Of a stretch of 64,000 nucleotides of DNA, positions 8,400 through 19,457 are shown piece by piece (the first letter of the stretch is position 1; every line of letters starts with the position of its first letter). The notes beneath the pieces were generated by a model. That model worked only from the letters and a program-made list of their open reading frames with translations. It was not told where the DNA came from and ran no database searches. A program made the translations under genes and the position numbers. The stretch covers positions 28,930-92,929 of the forward strand of contig NZ_JAWGMB010000001.1 of NCBI RefSeq assembly GCF_032557235.1, read 5' to 3'. This DNA is from Varibaculum cambriense (GTDB lineage Bacteria; Actinomycetota; Actinomycetes; Actinomycetales; Actinomycetaceae).

Positions 8400-9353
8400 T
8401 TACCCCTGGCCAACTAGGGAATCTACTCCAATCTCCATGGCGAGCCGGTGTCTTTGACCCGGTTGCAGTAAAAGCGCGTGTTCGCGTACATTTCCAAACT
8501 CGATTCCGGCAAATCGGTAAACATCCTGGTCAGAAAGATCGCTAAAATCTTTAATAAACCGGTTCCACGGTGTCCAGACGATAGTGGATTTAGATCCCGA
8601 TTTCTTTAACCAAATCTTCCTCCCCCAGGCTGGATCATAAATTTCCAGGTCAGAAGAGGAATCATAAATCCGGTCAAATGACTGATTAAAAGTAATCGGC
8701 TGGTCTTCGCTAGCTTTCTTAGCAGTTAAAGTATCTAAGAAAACTGCCTGTTCCAGACCCTGAAGCTCACACTGCCTTAAATCACTAAATCCTAGGTAGG
8801 TATGGAATACCGCCTCAAATGTGAACGGGTGATCATCGGTATTTACCGCCTCCAATGTCAGCCGTAAAGTCTCACCCACCTCGATTGTTAGCTGCGTAGA
8901 AAAAGCATGGGGAAATAATTCGCCATCTTTATGGGACAGGCGATAGGTCAGCACTTTATAGCCCGCTTTCGCGCCTGCGAGCCCTTGCATATCCCCATTA
9001 CCGGGCATTTGCAGCCTTGGGGAATCAATTCCTTTTCCCCCTAAAACTTGCGCCGCCGGGCTGGAAGCGCTATCATCCCGCTCCCAAACAGTAGTTTTCG
9101 CAAAACCATGATTACCAGCTGCACCTGCCGGGGCTGCCGGCGAAAACCTGGGATTGCCGAACCAGGGCAAACAAATCGGGATTCCTCCCCGCACGGTAGT
9201 GTCCCCCGCAAAACTAGCTTGGTCAGACAGCCAAACAACTGGATTTTGACCCCGCGGAGTCCAAGAAAGCACCTGCGCCCCAAAATCAGTAATTTCAGCT
9301 AGCGAGTATTCAGCGTCAATCTGGTGTACCTGGATTGGAATATCACTTGCCAT
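8400..9353 (-). CDS. Aldose 1-epimerase-family protein (hexose-6-phosphate mutarotase-like)
   Basis: 317 aa. Family-typical strings are RGGIPICLPWFG, NHGFA and FEAVFHTYL. It contains an Ala/Gly-rich internal insertion. The call is by motif recall only. Confidence 0.65.
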   Translation of the reverse strand: MASDIPIQVHQIDAEYSLAEITDFGAQVLSWTPRGQNPVVWLSDQASFAGDTTVRGGIPICLPWFGNPRFSPAAPAGAAGNHGFAKTTVWERDDSASSPAAQVLGGKGIDSPRLQMPGNGDMQGLAGAKAGYKVLTYRLSHKDGELFPHAFSTQLTIEVGETLRLTLEAVNTDDHPFTFEAVFHTYLGFSDLRQCELQGLEQAVFLDTLTAKKASEDQPITFNQSFDRIYDSSSDLEIYDPAWGRKIWLKKSGSKSTIVWTPWNRFIKDFSDLSDQDVYRFAGIEFGNVREHALLLQPGQRHRLAMEIGVDSLVGQG

Positions 9354-9399
9354 AAGGCAAGCATATATTCAAACCCTTTAGTCAGCGCCGAAAACCAGA

Positions 9400-10284
9400 T
9401 TAACGGCTATATCCCGCCATTTCTTCTAGGCGGGCAATCCGTTCATCCATAGGCGGATGGGTAGAAAACAGATGCTTAATTCCCTTCCCGCGGAAAGGAT
9501 TAGCAATCATCATGAAACCAACTTTCTCGGTTTGCGGATTACTCTGCAGAGGACGCGCCACCGTTCCTGCCTCTAGTTTCTTGAGCGCACTGGCTAAAGC
9601 TAAAGGATCTCGCGCCAGCTCAGCGCCGGTCTCATCTGCATCAAACTCGCGTGTCCGAGAAATCGCCATTTGGGTAAACATCGAGGCAATCGGGGCTAAC
9701 AACATCAAAAGCACCATCGCCACCCCGCCAAGCGGGCTATTGTCACCGTCGCGACGCCCTCCCCCAAAGAAAAACAACATTTGCGCAACTGAAGTAATCA
9801 GACCGCCAATGGCTGAGGCCACCGAAGAAGTCAAAATATCCCGGTTATAGACGTGCATTAACTCGTGCGCCAAAACCCCGCGAAGCTCACGCTCATCAAG
9901 GAGCTGTAAAATCCCCTCGGTACAGCAAACCGCTGCATTTTGCGGATTACGTCCCGTAGCAAAGGCGTTAGGGGCCGAAGTAGGAGCAATATACATTCGA
10001 GGAACCGGCTGACCAGCAGTTTGCGAAAGCTCAGTAACAATCCGCACTATTTGCGGATATTTCCCCGGATCCACCGGGTAGGCGTTCATGGATCTAATCG
10101 CGATTTTGTCTGAATTCCAGTAGCTATAAAAAGTTGAAATCAACCCGATAGCCGCAAAAATCCAGATAAAAGCGGAACTGCCAGTACCGTAAGCAATCAG
10201 ATAGCCAACTAGCAGCAGCAACGCCCACATCACAGCGAACAGCAGCCCAGTTTTCAAGCCATTACTAAAACGTTTCTTGCCCAT
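9400..10284 (-). CDS. htpX: Zinc metalloprotease HtpX (peptidase M48)
   Basis: It has the HELMHV zinc motif, four hydrophobic helices and a C-terminal STHPPMDERIARLE. The long ORF begins at 10308, but an AGGAGG Shine-Dalgarno sits 5 nt upstream of the ATG at 10284. Confidence 0.9.
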   Translation of the reverse strand: MGKKRFSNGLKTGLLFAVMWALLLLVGYLIAYGTGSSAFIWIFAAIGLISTFYSYWNSDKIAIRSMNAYPVDPGKYPQIVRIVTELSQTAGQPVPRMYIAPTSAPNAFATGRNPQNAAVCCTEGILQLLDERELRGVLAHELMHVYNRDILTSSVASAIGGLITSVAQMLFFFGGGRRDGDNSPLGGVAMVLLMLLAPIASMFTQMAISRTREFDADETGAELARDPLALASALKKLEAGTVARPLQSNPQTEKVGFMMIANPFRGKGIKHLFSTHPPMDERIARLEEMAGYSR

Positions 10285-10393
10285 TTGTTCCTCCTGGTTT
10301 ACCCGCAATCTAGCAGGTGAAACTGCACAAATACTGACAAATCCCTGCCAAAGACCTGCAGCTTCACCAAAGATGAAAAGACAGGTGAGCTGA

Positions 10394-11830
10394 CTATTCG
10401 CCGTCCTGACCGATTAAATCTTCCGGAACTGTTTCCCCGCGAGAAATCGCGCTCATAGCTTTACGGGAAACCACTTTGACCCGCTCACGCCCGCCGCGGC
10501 CGCCCTCGACCTCGCCAAAGTCTGCGCCCAGCTGCTTTTCGTATTCGTCCAATAGTTCCCAACCATGCCAAGTAGAGAAAGGAACTCCCCGCTGCTCAAG
10601 CAGCTCAATCATGGCGTCGTGCCCCACCGCTTTCCCGGTAGCCACTAGTTTGCCAGCTTCCGCGTCCTCTACCAGGTGGGCGATAGTTTGCTGCGCATCA
10701 GACTTGGTAGAACCAATCAGCCCCACCGGGCCGCGCTTTACCCAACCGGTAGCGTAAATCCCGGTCAAAGGAGTTCCCTCCAAATCGGTGACCCGTCCTT
10801 CCTGATTGGGGATTACTCCGCGACGCTCATCGAAAGGCAATCCCGCAATCGGAGAAGAGAAATATCCCACCGCGCGATAAACCGCCTGTACCGGGGTTTC
10901 CCGCAGCTCGCCAGTCCCGGAAACCGTTCCGTCCCCGTTCAGCTGGGTACGTTCAGTAACTAGGGCGCGCACATGCCCGTCCTCGTCAGCTAAAATCTCT
11001 TTCGGAGCCGAGAATAAATGCAGGTGGATACGGCGATCAGCTTCCCTATCGTCCTCGTCCATGGCGTAATTGATTAAGGTATCAACCACCATTTTGGTTT
11101 GTTTAGAAGCCGCAATCGCCTGCTCCGAGCCTTCATCGAACTCGAAATCCTCCTCGGAAACGATAACTTTTACTCCCGGCTGCTGCCCGAGTTCGCGCAG
11201 CTCCAAGGGGGTGAACTTCACCTGAGCCGGTCCGCGCCGCCCGAAAACATGCACGTCTGTGATTGGGGATTTATAGAGCTCTTTCGCCACATTTTCCGGA
11301 ATCTCGGTTTTGAGCATATCGGCAGGGTGCTTCGCCATTACCCGCGCAATATCGAGGGCGACATTACCGACCCCGATAACCGCGACCTCTTTCGCTTCTA
11401 AGGGCCAAAAACGCGGATAATCCGGGTTGCCGTCATACCAAGAAACAAAATCGGCAGCCCCATAACATTCCGGCAAATCCTGACCGGGCAAATCAATCGG
11501 TTTATCGCGGTCAGACCCGGTAGCGAAAATAATCGCATCATAGTGTTCATGCAGGTCATCGACAGTTATATCGGCGTCCTCGCCGCCAACATTCACATTT
11601 GCCAGCAGACGGATATCGCCGCGCTGCAAAATCTTGTAAAGGGCAGTAATAATGGCGCGAATCCGGGGATGATCGGGCGCTACGCCATACCGAACCAATC
11701 CATAGGGTGCAGGCAGACGTTCAAAGAGGTCAATCTCTACGTCTAGACCAGATTTGGACAAAATATCAGAAGCATAGATGCCGGCGGGGCCGGCTCCAAC
11801 TACAGCGACACTAAGCGGACGGTCAGACAC
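10394..11830 (-). CDS. FprA-type NADPH:ferredoxin (adrenodoxin-reductase-like) oxidoreductase
   Basis: 478 aa with a GTG start. It matches mycobacterial FprA as I recall it at these motifs: VVGAGPAGIY, GVAPDHP, VIGVGNVALDIARV, GRRGPAQVKFTPLELRELG and GWVKRGPVGLIGSTKSDA. Confidence 0.85.
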   Translation of the reverse strand: MSDRPLSVAVVGAGPAGIYASDILSKSGLDVEIDLFERLPAPYGLVRYGVAPDHPRIRAIITALYKILQRGDIRLLANVNVGGEDADITVDDLHEHYDAIIFATGSDRDKPIDLPGQDLPECYGAADFVSWYDGNPDYPRFWPLEAKEVAVIGVGNVALDIARVMAKHPADMLKTEIPENVAKELYKSPITDVHVFGRRGPAQVKFTPLELRELGQQPGVKVIVSEEDFEFDEGSEQAIAASKQTKMVVDTLINYAMDEDDREADRRIHLHLFSAPKEILADEDGHVRALVTERTQLNGDGTVSGTGELRETPVQAVYRAVGYFSSPIAGLPFDERRGVIPNQEGRVTDLEGTPLTGIYATGWVKRGPVGLIGSTKSDAQQTIAHLVEDAEAGKLVATGKAVGHDAMIELLEQRGVPFSTWHGWELLDEYEKQLGADFGEVEGGRGGRERVKVVSRKAMSAISRGETVPEDLIGQDGE

Positions 11831-12111
11831 TAAAACCCTTCCTTTTACGTAATAAATCTGGCGGCGCCACCTGTTAGCACCTCAAACCTCAAATTATTCT
11901 AGCCGCGAGTAGCGACTATCTCGCATTTTATTGAGCGGTCTCACACATTGGCTCCGCCACGTTTACTAATGGGCACGAGCGCGGAAAGCAACGGCAAAGA
12001 AACGAGCAAACCCTACTTTGAACTTCGCTAGCTCGTAACTCGCGCAATAAAAGCAAAGCTGCCCCAAGTAATGATGCATGGGAGACAATAGGGATATTAA
12101 AGGAGGAAAAA

Positions 12112-12735
12112 ATGACTACACGGAGAACTCCGCGCAGGCCAGCAATGTTAGATGCCGAGCAGGCAGAAAACATTCCCGGTGCCGAGGACGGGGCGATCGC
12201 TTCAGAGGTTGCCCACTTGGTAGCGCAAACTCTGCTAGGAATCGAAAAAGAAAGTGACGATCAGGTTAAACGTTTACGCGAGCTCCTAGAATCTGGTGGG
12301 ATAGATACGGTCAGTGAACTCTGGTCCGCTTCACCAGCCAATACTTTGCCCGGAACGCTCTGGCGGCTTTACTTGGTGTATCAATGGTATTTACGCGATC
12401 CAGATCTGGTAAATGAACGCTTCCAGCAGGGGCTGGCAGCTCTAGAAATTGGGGAAGTTTTTTCGCGCGAGCATTGCGAAAAATCGGTGGACGCCCTCAT
12501 AAATAAACTAGCGGAGCTTTGGCGAACCCAAACCTCAATTGACCAGCTGGCTCCGCTGCTAGATCGCACCAGCGATTTCCTGAAAGTGCTCGCCAGTGGG
12601 GTCAGTGCCGACTGGATTAAAGACGAGCGAGACGAATTGGCTGATCCGGTAACCCTGCGTCCCGAAGCGCTATTACAAACCGCGCGCGACCTAAGGCTTT
12701 CAGCGCGTGCAGCCAAGGTAAATCGCCTAGACTAG
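12112..12735 (+). CDS. Hypothetical cytoplasmic protein
   Basis: 207-aa ORF with a GGAGGA Shine-Dalgarno 7 nt upstream of the ATG. It looks coding and helical, and I recognise no motif. Confidence 0.6.
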   Translation: MTTRRTPRRPAMLDAEQAENIPGAEDGAIASEVAHLVAQTLLGIEKESDDQVKRLRELLESGGIDTVSELWSASPANTLPGTLWRLYLVYQWYLRDPDLVNERFQQGLAALEIGEVFSREHCEKSVDALINKLAELWRTQTSIDQLAPLLDRTSDFLKVLASGVSADWIKDERDELADPVTLRPEALLQTARDLRLSARAAKVNRLD

Positions 12736-12796
12736 AACTAAATCTACCCGGACTAGTTCAGTACCGTCACCAAATTATTTATTAGAAGGGATCGGC

Positions 12797-15502
12797 ATGG
12801 ACAGCAAACAGGAAGCTGACAACAAGCCAGAACCTAAAGTAGGTAAAGCTAAAATTAAAGAGGATGCGCAAGGTGACCCCCAGGTGGTGCCTTCGCCTGC
12901 CGATATTGCCCGGATATATAAAGAAAACCCGCAAACTGAACCGGTAGCGCAGGTAGACCGGCAAGCGGCACAATCCAACTTTGAGACCGCCACCGCTGAC
13001 GAGCTAATATCTTCGAAAATCTCTCCTGACCAGTTTCCCGGCATCGATTACGAGGACGCGGACTACGCCCTCCCCGATAAGAAATCCCCGTTTATAGGGG
13101 AGCAAGAGGTCGATAAAACCGGTAAACCTCCTACCTCGGAAAATAACGCTGGCAAACCAGCTAGCGAAAAGGAAGCCCAAACCGGGAAGCCGGCAGCTGC
13201 CAGTAAGCCGGGTGATTCCCCGGTGAAAACTAAGTCGAAGGCGCAAAAGCCTTCCGATACAGAAGCATTAGCGGCAGGTCACGCCCAAACCGATGGCCCC
13301 GAAGACCTTTCCCAAATCAGCCCCTCCACTTTGCGGGAGGCTCCCGGGATGGACAAACTCGCGCAAGCCGGTCCCCTCGGTCAAGACAAACCCCTCCCCA
13401 AGGGACGTTTCGGGGACAGGGAACTATCTTGGATGCAGTTCAACCAGCGAGTATTAGAACAGGCAGAGGACGAGCGGCTGCCTATTTTAGAGCGCGCCTG
13501 GTTTACTACTATTTTCTCTTCCAACTTGGATGAGTTCTATATGGTGCGTGTGGCGGGGCTTAAACGCCGCATTGCCGCCGGAATTGCCCGCACCGCCGCC
13601 TCCGGTCTTACCCCCCGGCAAGTGCTTGACCTGGTGACAGAGCGCGCCCAAGTATTGTGTGCTCGGCAAGCAGGTTTCGTGCAAAACACTTTACGCGGAG
13701 AACTGGAAAACGTGGGGATCAAACTGCGGCGTTGGAATGACCTCTCCCTAGAGCAACAAGATTTTCTGCACGGGTATTTTCGCCGCCAGATTTTCCCGAT
13801 CCTCACCCCCTTGGCGGTCGATCCTTCGCACCCCTTCCCCTATATTTCGGGGCTATCAGTTAACTTGGCGGTAGTGGTGCGCAATCCCTTAACGGGAAAG
13901 CAGCATTTCGCCCGGGTGAAAATCCCGGAAAGCCTGCCCCGGCTAATCTGTGTGGAACAGGCAATAGACCAGGTCAGTCCGGAAGATGCGATTGATACTA
14001 AAGGAGAAGCCACCTTCATTACCCTGGAGGATGTTATCGGCCCCCACCTCGATCACCTCTTCCCCGGGATGGAAATCTTAGAACATCACGTGTTCCGCCT
14101 GACCCGCAACGAGGATCTAGAAGTAGAAGAGGACGACGCCGAGAACCTACTGACCGCAATGGAACAAGAACTGTTGCGGCGCCGTTTCGGCCCGGCAGTG
14201 CGCCTTGAGGTAGCAAAGGGAATATCGCGGCCGGTACTCGATTTCCTGGTGGCCAAACTGGAAATTGGGATGGAGGACGTGTTTGCGCTTCCCGAACCAA
14301 TTGACTTACGCTGCCTGAACGAGCTGCATGACCTAGATTTACCGGAACTGAAATACCAAAAGTTTGTACCGGCCACTGCTGCCGGGTTAGCGGAAGTGGA
14401 ATCGGCTACCCCCACCGATATTTTCGCGATGATCCGCAGCCACGATGTGTTGCTGCATCACCCCTATGATTCCTTCTCTACTTCGGTGCAGCATTTCGTC
14501 ACCTATGCCGCTAGGGATCCCAAAGTGCGTTCCATAAAGCAGACCCTCTACCGCACGTCCTCGGATTCACCGATTGTGTCTGCCCTGATAGAGGCGGCGC
14601 AAAACGGGAAACAGGTGTTGGCGATTGTAGAGATCAAAGCCCGTTTCGACGAGGACGCTAATATTTCCTGGGCGCGTAAATTAGAGCGCGCCGGGGTACA
14701 CGTGGTGTATGGCATGGTGGGTTTGAAGACCCACTGCAAACTGTCGATGGTGGTTCGCGAAGAAGCCGATGGCCTGCGCCGTTACTGCCATGTGGGCACC
14801 GGCAACTATCACCCCAAGACGGCCCGCGGATACGAGGATTTGGGGTTGCTTACCTGCGACCGGGAGGTAGCCCAAGATCTTACTCGCCTATTTAATCAGC
14901 TGTCCGGGTATGCGCCCCGCACTTCCTTCCATCGCCTGCTGGTGGCTCCGCGCTCTATCCGTCCCGGGATTATCGAGCGCATTGAACGCGAGGTAGAAAA
15001 TCACCGCAAAGGCCTGCCCGCCTATATCGGGATTAAAGTAAACTCCCTGGTAGACGAGGCGGTAACTGATGCGCTTTACCGTGCCAGCCAGGCAGGGGTA
15101 CCGATAGATATTGTGGTGCGCGGGATTTGCACGATTCGTTCCGGGGTGCGGGGGCTATCGGAAAATATCCGAGTGCGTTCCATTTTGGGGCGTTTCCTGG
15201 AGCACTCCCGTATCTACGCTTTTGAAAATGCCGGACAGCCAGAGGTTTGGATCGGTTCTGCTGATCTGATGCACCGCAACTTAGATCGCCGAGTGGAGGC
15301 GCTGATCCGGATTAAGGATCCCGACATGACTGCGAAACTCATGGATTTGGTGAGACTTGAGGCCTCCCCGGAGGTATCTTCTTGGCATTTACGCCGGGAT
15401 GGTACTTGGCGGCGGCATGTTGACGCCAAAGATGGATCGCCGCTGATGGATATCCAAGAGTACCTGATTAATAAGGCTAACTCGCGGATGAAAGGACGCT
15501 AA
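12797..15502 (+). CDS. ppk: Polyphosphate kinase 1 with a ~200-aa low-complexity N-terminal extension
   Basis: The PPK1 core starts at [22 protein letters not shown]. The autophosphorylated-His region is [13 protein letters not shown] and the second PLD-like motif is [11 protein letters not shown]. An alternative in-frame start lies at 13349 behind GGGAGG. Confidence 0.92.
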   Translation: MDSKQEADNKPEPKVGKAKIKEDAQGDPQVVPSPADIARIYKENPQTEPVAQVDRQAAQSNFETATADELISSKISPDQFPGIDYEDADYALPDKKSPFIGEQEVDKTGKPPTSENNAGKPASEKEAQTGKPAAASKPGDSPVKTKSKAQKPSDTEALAAGHAQTDGPEDLSQISPSTLREAPGMDKLAQAGPLGQDKPLPKGRFGDRELSWMQFNQRVLEQAEDERLPILERAWFTTIFSSNLDEFYMVRVAGLKRRIAAGIARTAASGLTPRQVLDLVTERAQVLCARQAGFVQNTLRGELENVGIKLRRWNDLSLEQQDFLHGYFRRQIFPILTPLAVDPSHPFPYISGLSVNLAVVVRNPLTGKQHFARVKIPESLPRLICVEQAIDQVSPEDAIDTKGEATFITLEDVIGPHLDHLFPGMEILEHHVFRLTRNEDLEVEEDDAENLLTAMEQELLRRRFGPAVRLEVAKGISRPVLDFLVAKLEIGMEDVFALPEPIDLRCLNELHDLDLPELKYQKFVPATAAGLAEVESATPTDIFAMIRSHDVLLHHPYDSFSTSVQHFVTYAARDPKVRSIKQTLYRTSSDSPIVSALIEAAQNGKQVLAIVEIKARFDEDANISWARKLERAGVHVVYGMVGLKTHCKLSMVVREEADGLRRYCHVGTGNYHPKTARGYEDLGLLTCDREVAQDLTRLFNQLSGYAPRTSFHRLLVAPRSIRPGIIERIEREVENHRKGLPAYIGIKVNSLVDEAVTDALYRASQAGVPIDIVVRGICTIRSGVRGLSENIRVRSILGRFLEHSRIYAFENAGQPEVWIGSADLMHRNLDRRVEALIRIKDPDMTAKLMDLVRLEASPEVSSWHLRRDGTWRRHVDAKDGSPLMDIQEYLINKANSRMKGR

Positions 15503-15625
15503 TCAGCGGATCGTCCATCCACCTCTTAATGTTGAACAGTTATCGCCCTCTTTACCTGGGGGAATGACCTTATAAGTAATTTGTTAGACAATGGAGACAG
15601 ATTACGAGAAAGGCAAGTTGCTACC

Positions 15626-16660
15626 ATGACGGCTCGACCTAAGCCACCACATATGCGGATAGTACGATCTGCAGGCGCACTAGTGTGGCGTCTGCGAGAG
15701 GGAGCCAACCCAATTGCTGGCACCTCCCTCCCCGCTAAGCGCCAGGATATCGAGGTGCTGATTGTACATCGTCCCCGCTATGATGACTGGTCTTGGCCAA
15801 AGGGTAAACGGGAAAGCGGTGAATCCCTGCCTGCAACCGCGGTACGGGAAGTCGAAGAGGAAACTGAAGTTCCGATTCGCCTAGGAGCGCCGCTTACCGT
15901 GCAGCGCTATCGACTGGGATCGGGAGTGACCAAAGAAGTTTATTACTGGGTCGGATTTCCAGATGTTCCCGCGGAAACCTTGCGGGCACGCCCTCTAGCT
16001 CCCCCCGCTCCGAGCAAGGAAATTGATAAGTCACAATGGGTGGGTGCGCGCAAAGCAATGCGCCTGCTGACTCGCCGCGGGGATCGACGCCTACTAGAAG
16101 AATTGCTCACCCGACTGGCGGAACGTACTTTGAGCACTCGGACACTGGCGGTGCTCCGGCATGCTAAAGCCACTAAACGCTCCTATTGGGAGGGTACCGA
16201 AATGACCCGGCCGCTTTCGCGGCGCGGCTCCGCGCAAGTGTTACGCCTGGTTCCCGCACTTTCTGCCTTTGGTATTAATCAGATAATCACTTCGCCGTGG
16301 CGCCGCTGCGTGGCCACGGTCGCCCCTTATGCCACCTTGTCGGGCACTCCCTTAAGAACGGAAGCTTCCTTTACCGAGGACGCCTATCGGGAAGATCCCG
16401 CGCAGATGCGAGGGGTAATCCGGGGATTGCTTTCGGAAAGTCAGCTAGGTCAGCCGGCAGCTCCCCTGGCAATTTGCGTCCATCGTCCCACGATTCCGGG
16501 GATTATCGGGGAGCTAGCACCGCTTACCCCTAACCATCTAGGCAGGTTGATGCCCCAGGATGACCCCTATTTAAAAACCGCGGGAATGCTGATCGTACAT
16601 ATGGCAGATTACCCGGAGCCGAGAGTTGTTGACCTGGAGGTATTTCGCCTAGACCCCTAG
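15626..16660 (+). CDS. Nudix hydrolase fused to a histidine-phosphatase domain (MutT1-like)
   Basis: The Nudix box is GKRESGESLPATAVREVEEETEV. The C-terminal half carries the histidine-phosphatase RHA motif (LAVLRHAKATKRS). The ORF opens with TTG at 15581, and I prefer the ATG at 15626. It lies next to ppk1, as in mycobacteria. Confidence 0.8.
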   Translation: MTARPKPPHMRIVRSAGALVWRLREGANPIAGTSLPAKRQDIEVLIVHRPRYDDWSWPKGKRESGESLPATAVREVEEETEVPIRLGAPLTVQRYRLGSGVTKEVYYWVGFPDVPAETLRARPLAPPAPSKEIDKSQWVGARKAMRLLTRRGDRRLLEELLTRLAERTLSTRTLAVLRHAKATKRSYWEGTEMTRPLSRRGSAQVLRLVPALSAFGINQIITSPWRRCVATVAPYATLSGTPLRTEASFTEDAYREDPAQMRGVIRGLLSESQLGQPAAPLAICVHRPTIPGIIGELAPLTPNHLGRLMPQDDPYLKTAGMLIVHMADYPEPRVVDLEVFRLDP

Positions 16661-16772
16661 AGTTTTACCGGGGCGATATTTTAGTGTCCCCATGCCTTGA
16701 GGATGCGATCGGGCTTTATTACGACCAGGCGACCTTGACTCGCGAGGGAACCACGGTCGCTAAACTGGGGGC

Positions 16773-17357
16773 ATGAACAATTCCCACACCTTAGGCCGCC
16801 CGGATTTTTCGGCTAGTAATCCCCCGAGTACGGATAATAATTCCGTTCCCTGCCTACTACCGCGGGTGGGCATTGGTAGCGACGTTCACGCTTTTGCCGA
16901 CCCGAAAGACCCCAGCTCGGCTGCTCGTCCCTGCATGGTTGCCGGACTTTCTTGGCCAGGAGAACCCCCGCTCAAGGGACATTCAGATGCCGATGTTGCT
17001 GCTCATGCTCTGTGTGACGCGATTCTATCAGCTGCTGGTCAAGGGGATCTGGGTACCCATTTTGGTACTGACCGTCCCGAATGGAAAGGTGCCAGCGGCA
17101 CCCAGCTCCTGGCAGCAACTATGGAGATTATTCATCAGGCCGGGTGGGGACTGGGAAACGCCGCGGTCCAGGTGATCGCTAACCGCCCTCGGATGGGGCA
17201 ACGTTATGAGCAGGCACGCGCCGTACTGGAGGAAGCGGTAGGGGCACCGGTGTCGATTTCTGCGACTACCTCGGACAAATTGGGCTTCACTGGCCGTGGG
17301 GAGGGAGCGGCGGCCATAGCTACCGCGCTGGTTTATCCCCTAAGTAACTTGAACTGA
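16773..17357 (+). CDS. ispF: 2-C-methyl-D-erythritol 2,4-cyclodiphosphate synthase
   Basis: Motifs [24 protein letters not shown] and [14 protein letters not shown] are present. It has a ~30-aa N-terminal extension. Confidence 0.9.
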   Translation: MNNSHTLGRPDFSASNPPSTDNNSVPCLLPRVGIGSDVHAFADPKDPSSAARPCMVAGLSWPGEPPLKGHSDADVAAHALCDAILSAAGQGDLGTHFGTDRPEWKGASGTQLLAATMEIIHQAGWGLGNAAVQVIANRPRMGQRYEQARAVLEEAVGAPVSISATTSDKLGFTGRGEGAAAIATALVYPLSNLN

Positions 17358-17765
17358 AAGCCGGGATCTGAGAAATACTCTTACCCTCTCTGGGCAAGCT
17401 GTCACTATTTCTGCGCTCCCGGGTTGGTGAAAATAACTCTTTTCCAAAGGTAAAGAAACAAGCATGTTAGTAAAAACATGCTCGGCCAATTTTGTCTTTC
17501 CAAGCTTTTTTTAAGCCAGTTTTTTCGGTTTTACGTGAGCTGCATCATAGCAATACAGGCCTTAAGGCCTAGATTTTTTTAGAAAATAATACTTAAAAAA
17601 TACGTGCTTAAAACCTGGTTTTTCCTGGCCTTTTACCCCAAATACAGCAAAAAGGATCTCTAGCTCTCACATACCTAAAGTCCCGGGGGATATTGTGATT
17701 TGCTTGACAGCAAGATAATATGTTTCGAAGTCGAAAGTATCGGCATTAACCCCAATGGAGAGCAA

Positions 17766-19457
17766 ATGATAACTACATTCTCAACATTACTGATGCCCAC
17801 CGTCGGTGCGGCAGATTTTATTAGCAGCGGAAGCACCAGCGGTATCGCCATTGCAATGGTTATCTATTTCGTAGCCATGATTCTGATTGGTATCTATGGT
17901 TACACCCGCACCCAAACCATGGATGACTTCATGGTTGGTGGCCGCTCCCTACCTCCCCTAGTCGCCGCACTCTCTGCGGGAGCCGCAGATATGTCAGGTT
18001 GGCTAATGATGGGACTGCCCGGGGCACTTTATTTAACCGGTTTAGTTGAATCTTGGATTGCTATCGGCTTGCTGATTGGCTCCTGGTGTGCTTGGAAATG
18101 GGTAGCTCCCCGTTTGCGTTCCTATTCGCAAATAGCGGGAGACTCGATTACCGTACCTTCCTTTATGTCAGCGCGGCTAAAGGACGATAAGTTTATTATC
18201 CAGCTGGTAGCCGGGATTATTATTCTTTTCTTCTTCACCATCTACGTAGCCAGCGGCATGGTGTCCGGAGGGGTGTTCTTCGAATCTATTTTCCATGTCA
18301 ACTACCACGTAGGCATGGTGGTAGTAGCCGGCGTAGTCATTCTCTACACCTTGGTAGGCGGGTTCCTAGCTGTCTCCTGGACCGATATGGTACAGGGCAT
18401 TATGATGCTAATCGCCCTGTTGCTAGTACCAGTCTTCGGGGTGGTTGCCCTGGGTGGCTTCGGAGTAATGACCGATACTCTAAACGGCTTAGACGGTCAC
18501 ATGTTCTCCATAGTAGGTGATGGAGCGGCCGGTAAACTGTCGATCCTTAACGGCTTGGCCTGGGGTCTGGGTTATGTAGGTATGCCCCATGTGATCGTAC
18601 GCTACATGGCACTACGCTCCCCCAAGGAAGCAACTTCGGCTCGCCGCCTGGGTATCGGCTGGATGTTCCTGTGCGTGTTGGGAGCAACTTTGACCGCCCT
18701 CATCGGGCGTGCCCTGTCCGAAAACGGCCTCGCCGGAATCAAAGAAGCCTTGGCGCTGGTGAAACAGAATCCGCAAGAAAGTATCTACCTGGTGATGGGT
18801 CAACAGCTCTTCCCCTCGGTACTAGCCGGTTTCATGCTGGCTGCTATTTTGGCCGCCATCATGTCTACCGTTTCTTCGCAGCTGCTGGTGACCTCCTCGG
18901 CAGTAGTAGAAGATATCTACCGGGGCATCAAGAAGCGCCGTTTGCTGGGCGCCCAAGGGATAAACGCTGGCCGGATCGTGGTGTTAGCGATTTCGGTTAT
19001 CGCCGCTTTCTTTGCCTGGTTCCGTACTGACTCGATCCTGGGACTGGTAGCCTTCGCCTGGGCGGGATTCGGCGCAGCTTTCGGCCCGGTGATCGTGCTC
19101 AGCCTCTACTGGCGTAAATACACCTGGCAGGGTGCGGCAGCCGGTATGGCCGTGGGTGCTATCACCGTAGGAATCTGGGGCAACCTGCCCGATACCTTAC
19201 CGATGATTTTCCAGGTATACGAGATACTGCCCGGGTTCTTGCTGAACCTCCTGGTATCTTGGTTGGTTTCCCGCGCCACCTACAAACCGAATGCCGAAAT
19301 CGATGAAGAGTTCGATCTATCGGTCAAGCTCGCTAACGCTTCACAAGATGAAATCAATTCGGCTCTGAAAGGTCGCTCCGTAACTCCTATTACTACCGTT
19401 CCGTTTGCCCAGGTAGCGAGGGAGGAATCGCCGACTACCGACATGTCCAGCAAATAA
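17766..19457 (+). CDS. putP: Sodium:proline symporter
   Basis: It carries the SSF-family signature GGRSLPPLVAALSAGAADMSGWLMMGLPGALY and about 13 hydrophobic helices. The ORF extends to a TTG at 17700, but GGAGAG precedes the ATG at 17766. It lies immediately upstream of putA. Confidence 0.9.
   Translation: MITTFSTLLMPTVGAADFISSGSTSGIAIAMVIYFVAMILIGIYGYTRTQTMDDFMVGGRSLPPLVAALSAGAADMSGWLMMGLPGALYLTGLVESWIAIGLLIGSWCAWKWVAPRLRSYSQIAGDSITVPSFMSARLKDDKFIIQLVAGIIILFFFTIYVASGMVSGGVFFESIFHVNYHVGMVVVAGVVILYTLVGGFLAVSWTDMVQGIMMLIALLLVPVFGVVALGGFGVMTDTLNGLDGHMFSIVGDGAAGKLSILNGLAWGLGYVGMPHVIVRYMALRSPKEATSARRLGIGWMFLCVLGATLTALIGRALSENGLAGIKEALALVKQNPQESIYLVMGQQLFPSVLAGFMLAAILAAIMSTVSSQLLVTSSAVVEDIYRGIKKRRLLGAQGINAGRIVVLAISVIAAFFAWFRTDSILGLVAFAWAGFGAAFGPVIVLSLYWRKYTWQGAAAGMAVGAITVGIWGNLPDTLPMIFQVYEILPGFLLNLLVSWLVSRATYKPNAEIDEEFDLSVKLANASQDEINSALKGRSVTPITTVPFAQVAREESPTTDMSSK

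Noticed and set aside
11928-12173. An 81-aa minus-strand ORF lies in the fprA/hypothetical-protein intergenic region.
   Set aside because: It overlaps the Shine-Dalgarno and start of the plus-strand gene at 12112. Its translation is Cys/Leu/Ser/Arg-rich with no motif and it has no ribosome-binding site. It is probably non-coding promoter DNA.
17358-17765. I considered whether the 400-bp AT-rich leader upstream of putP contains a riboswitch or a small gene. Small palindromes lie at 17461..17482, 17557..17570 and 17731..17744.
   Set aside because: There are only short 5-8-bp stems and no ORF longer than 16 codons. I recognise no riboswitch consensus. The region is most simply the ispF terminator plus the putP promoter and operator region.
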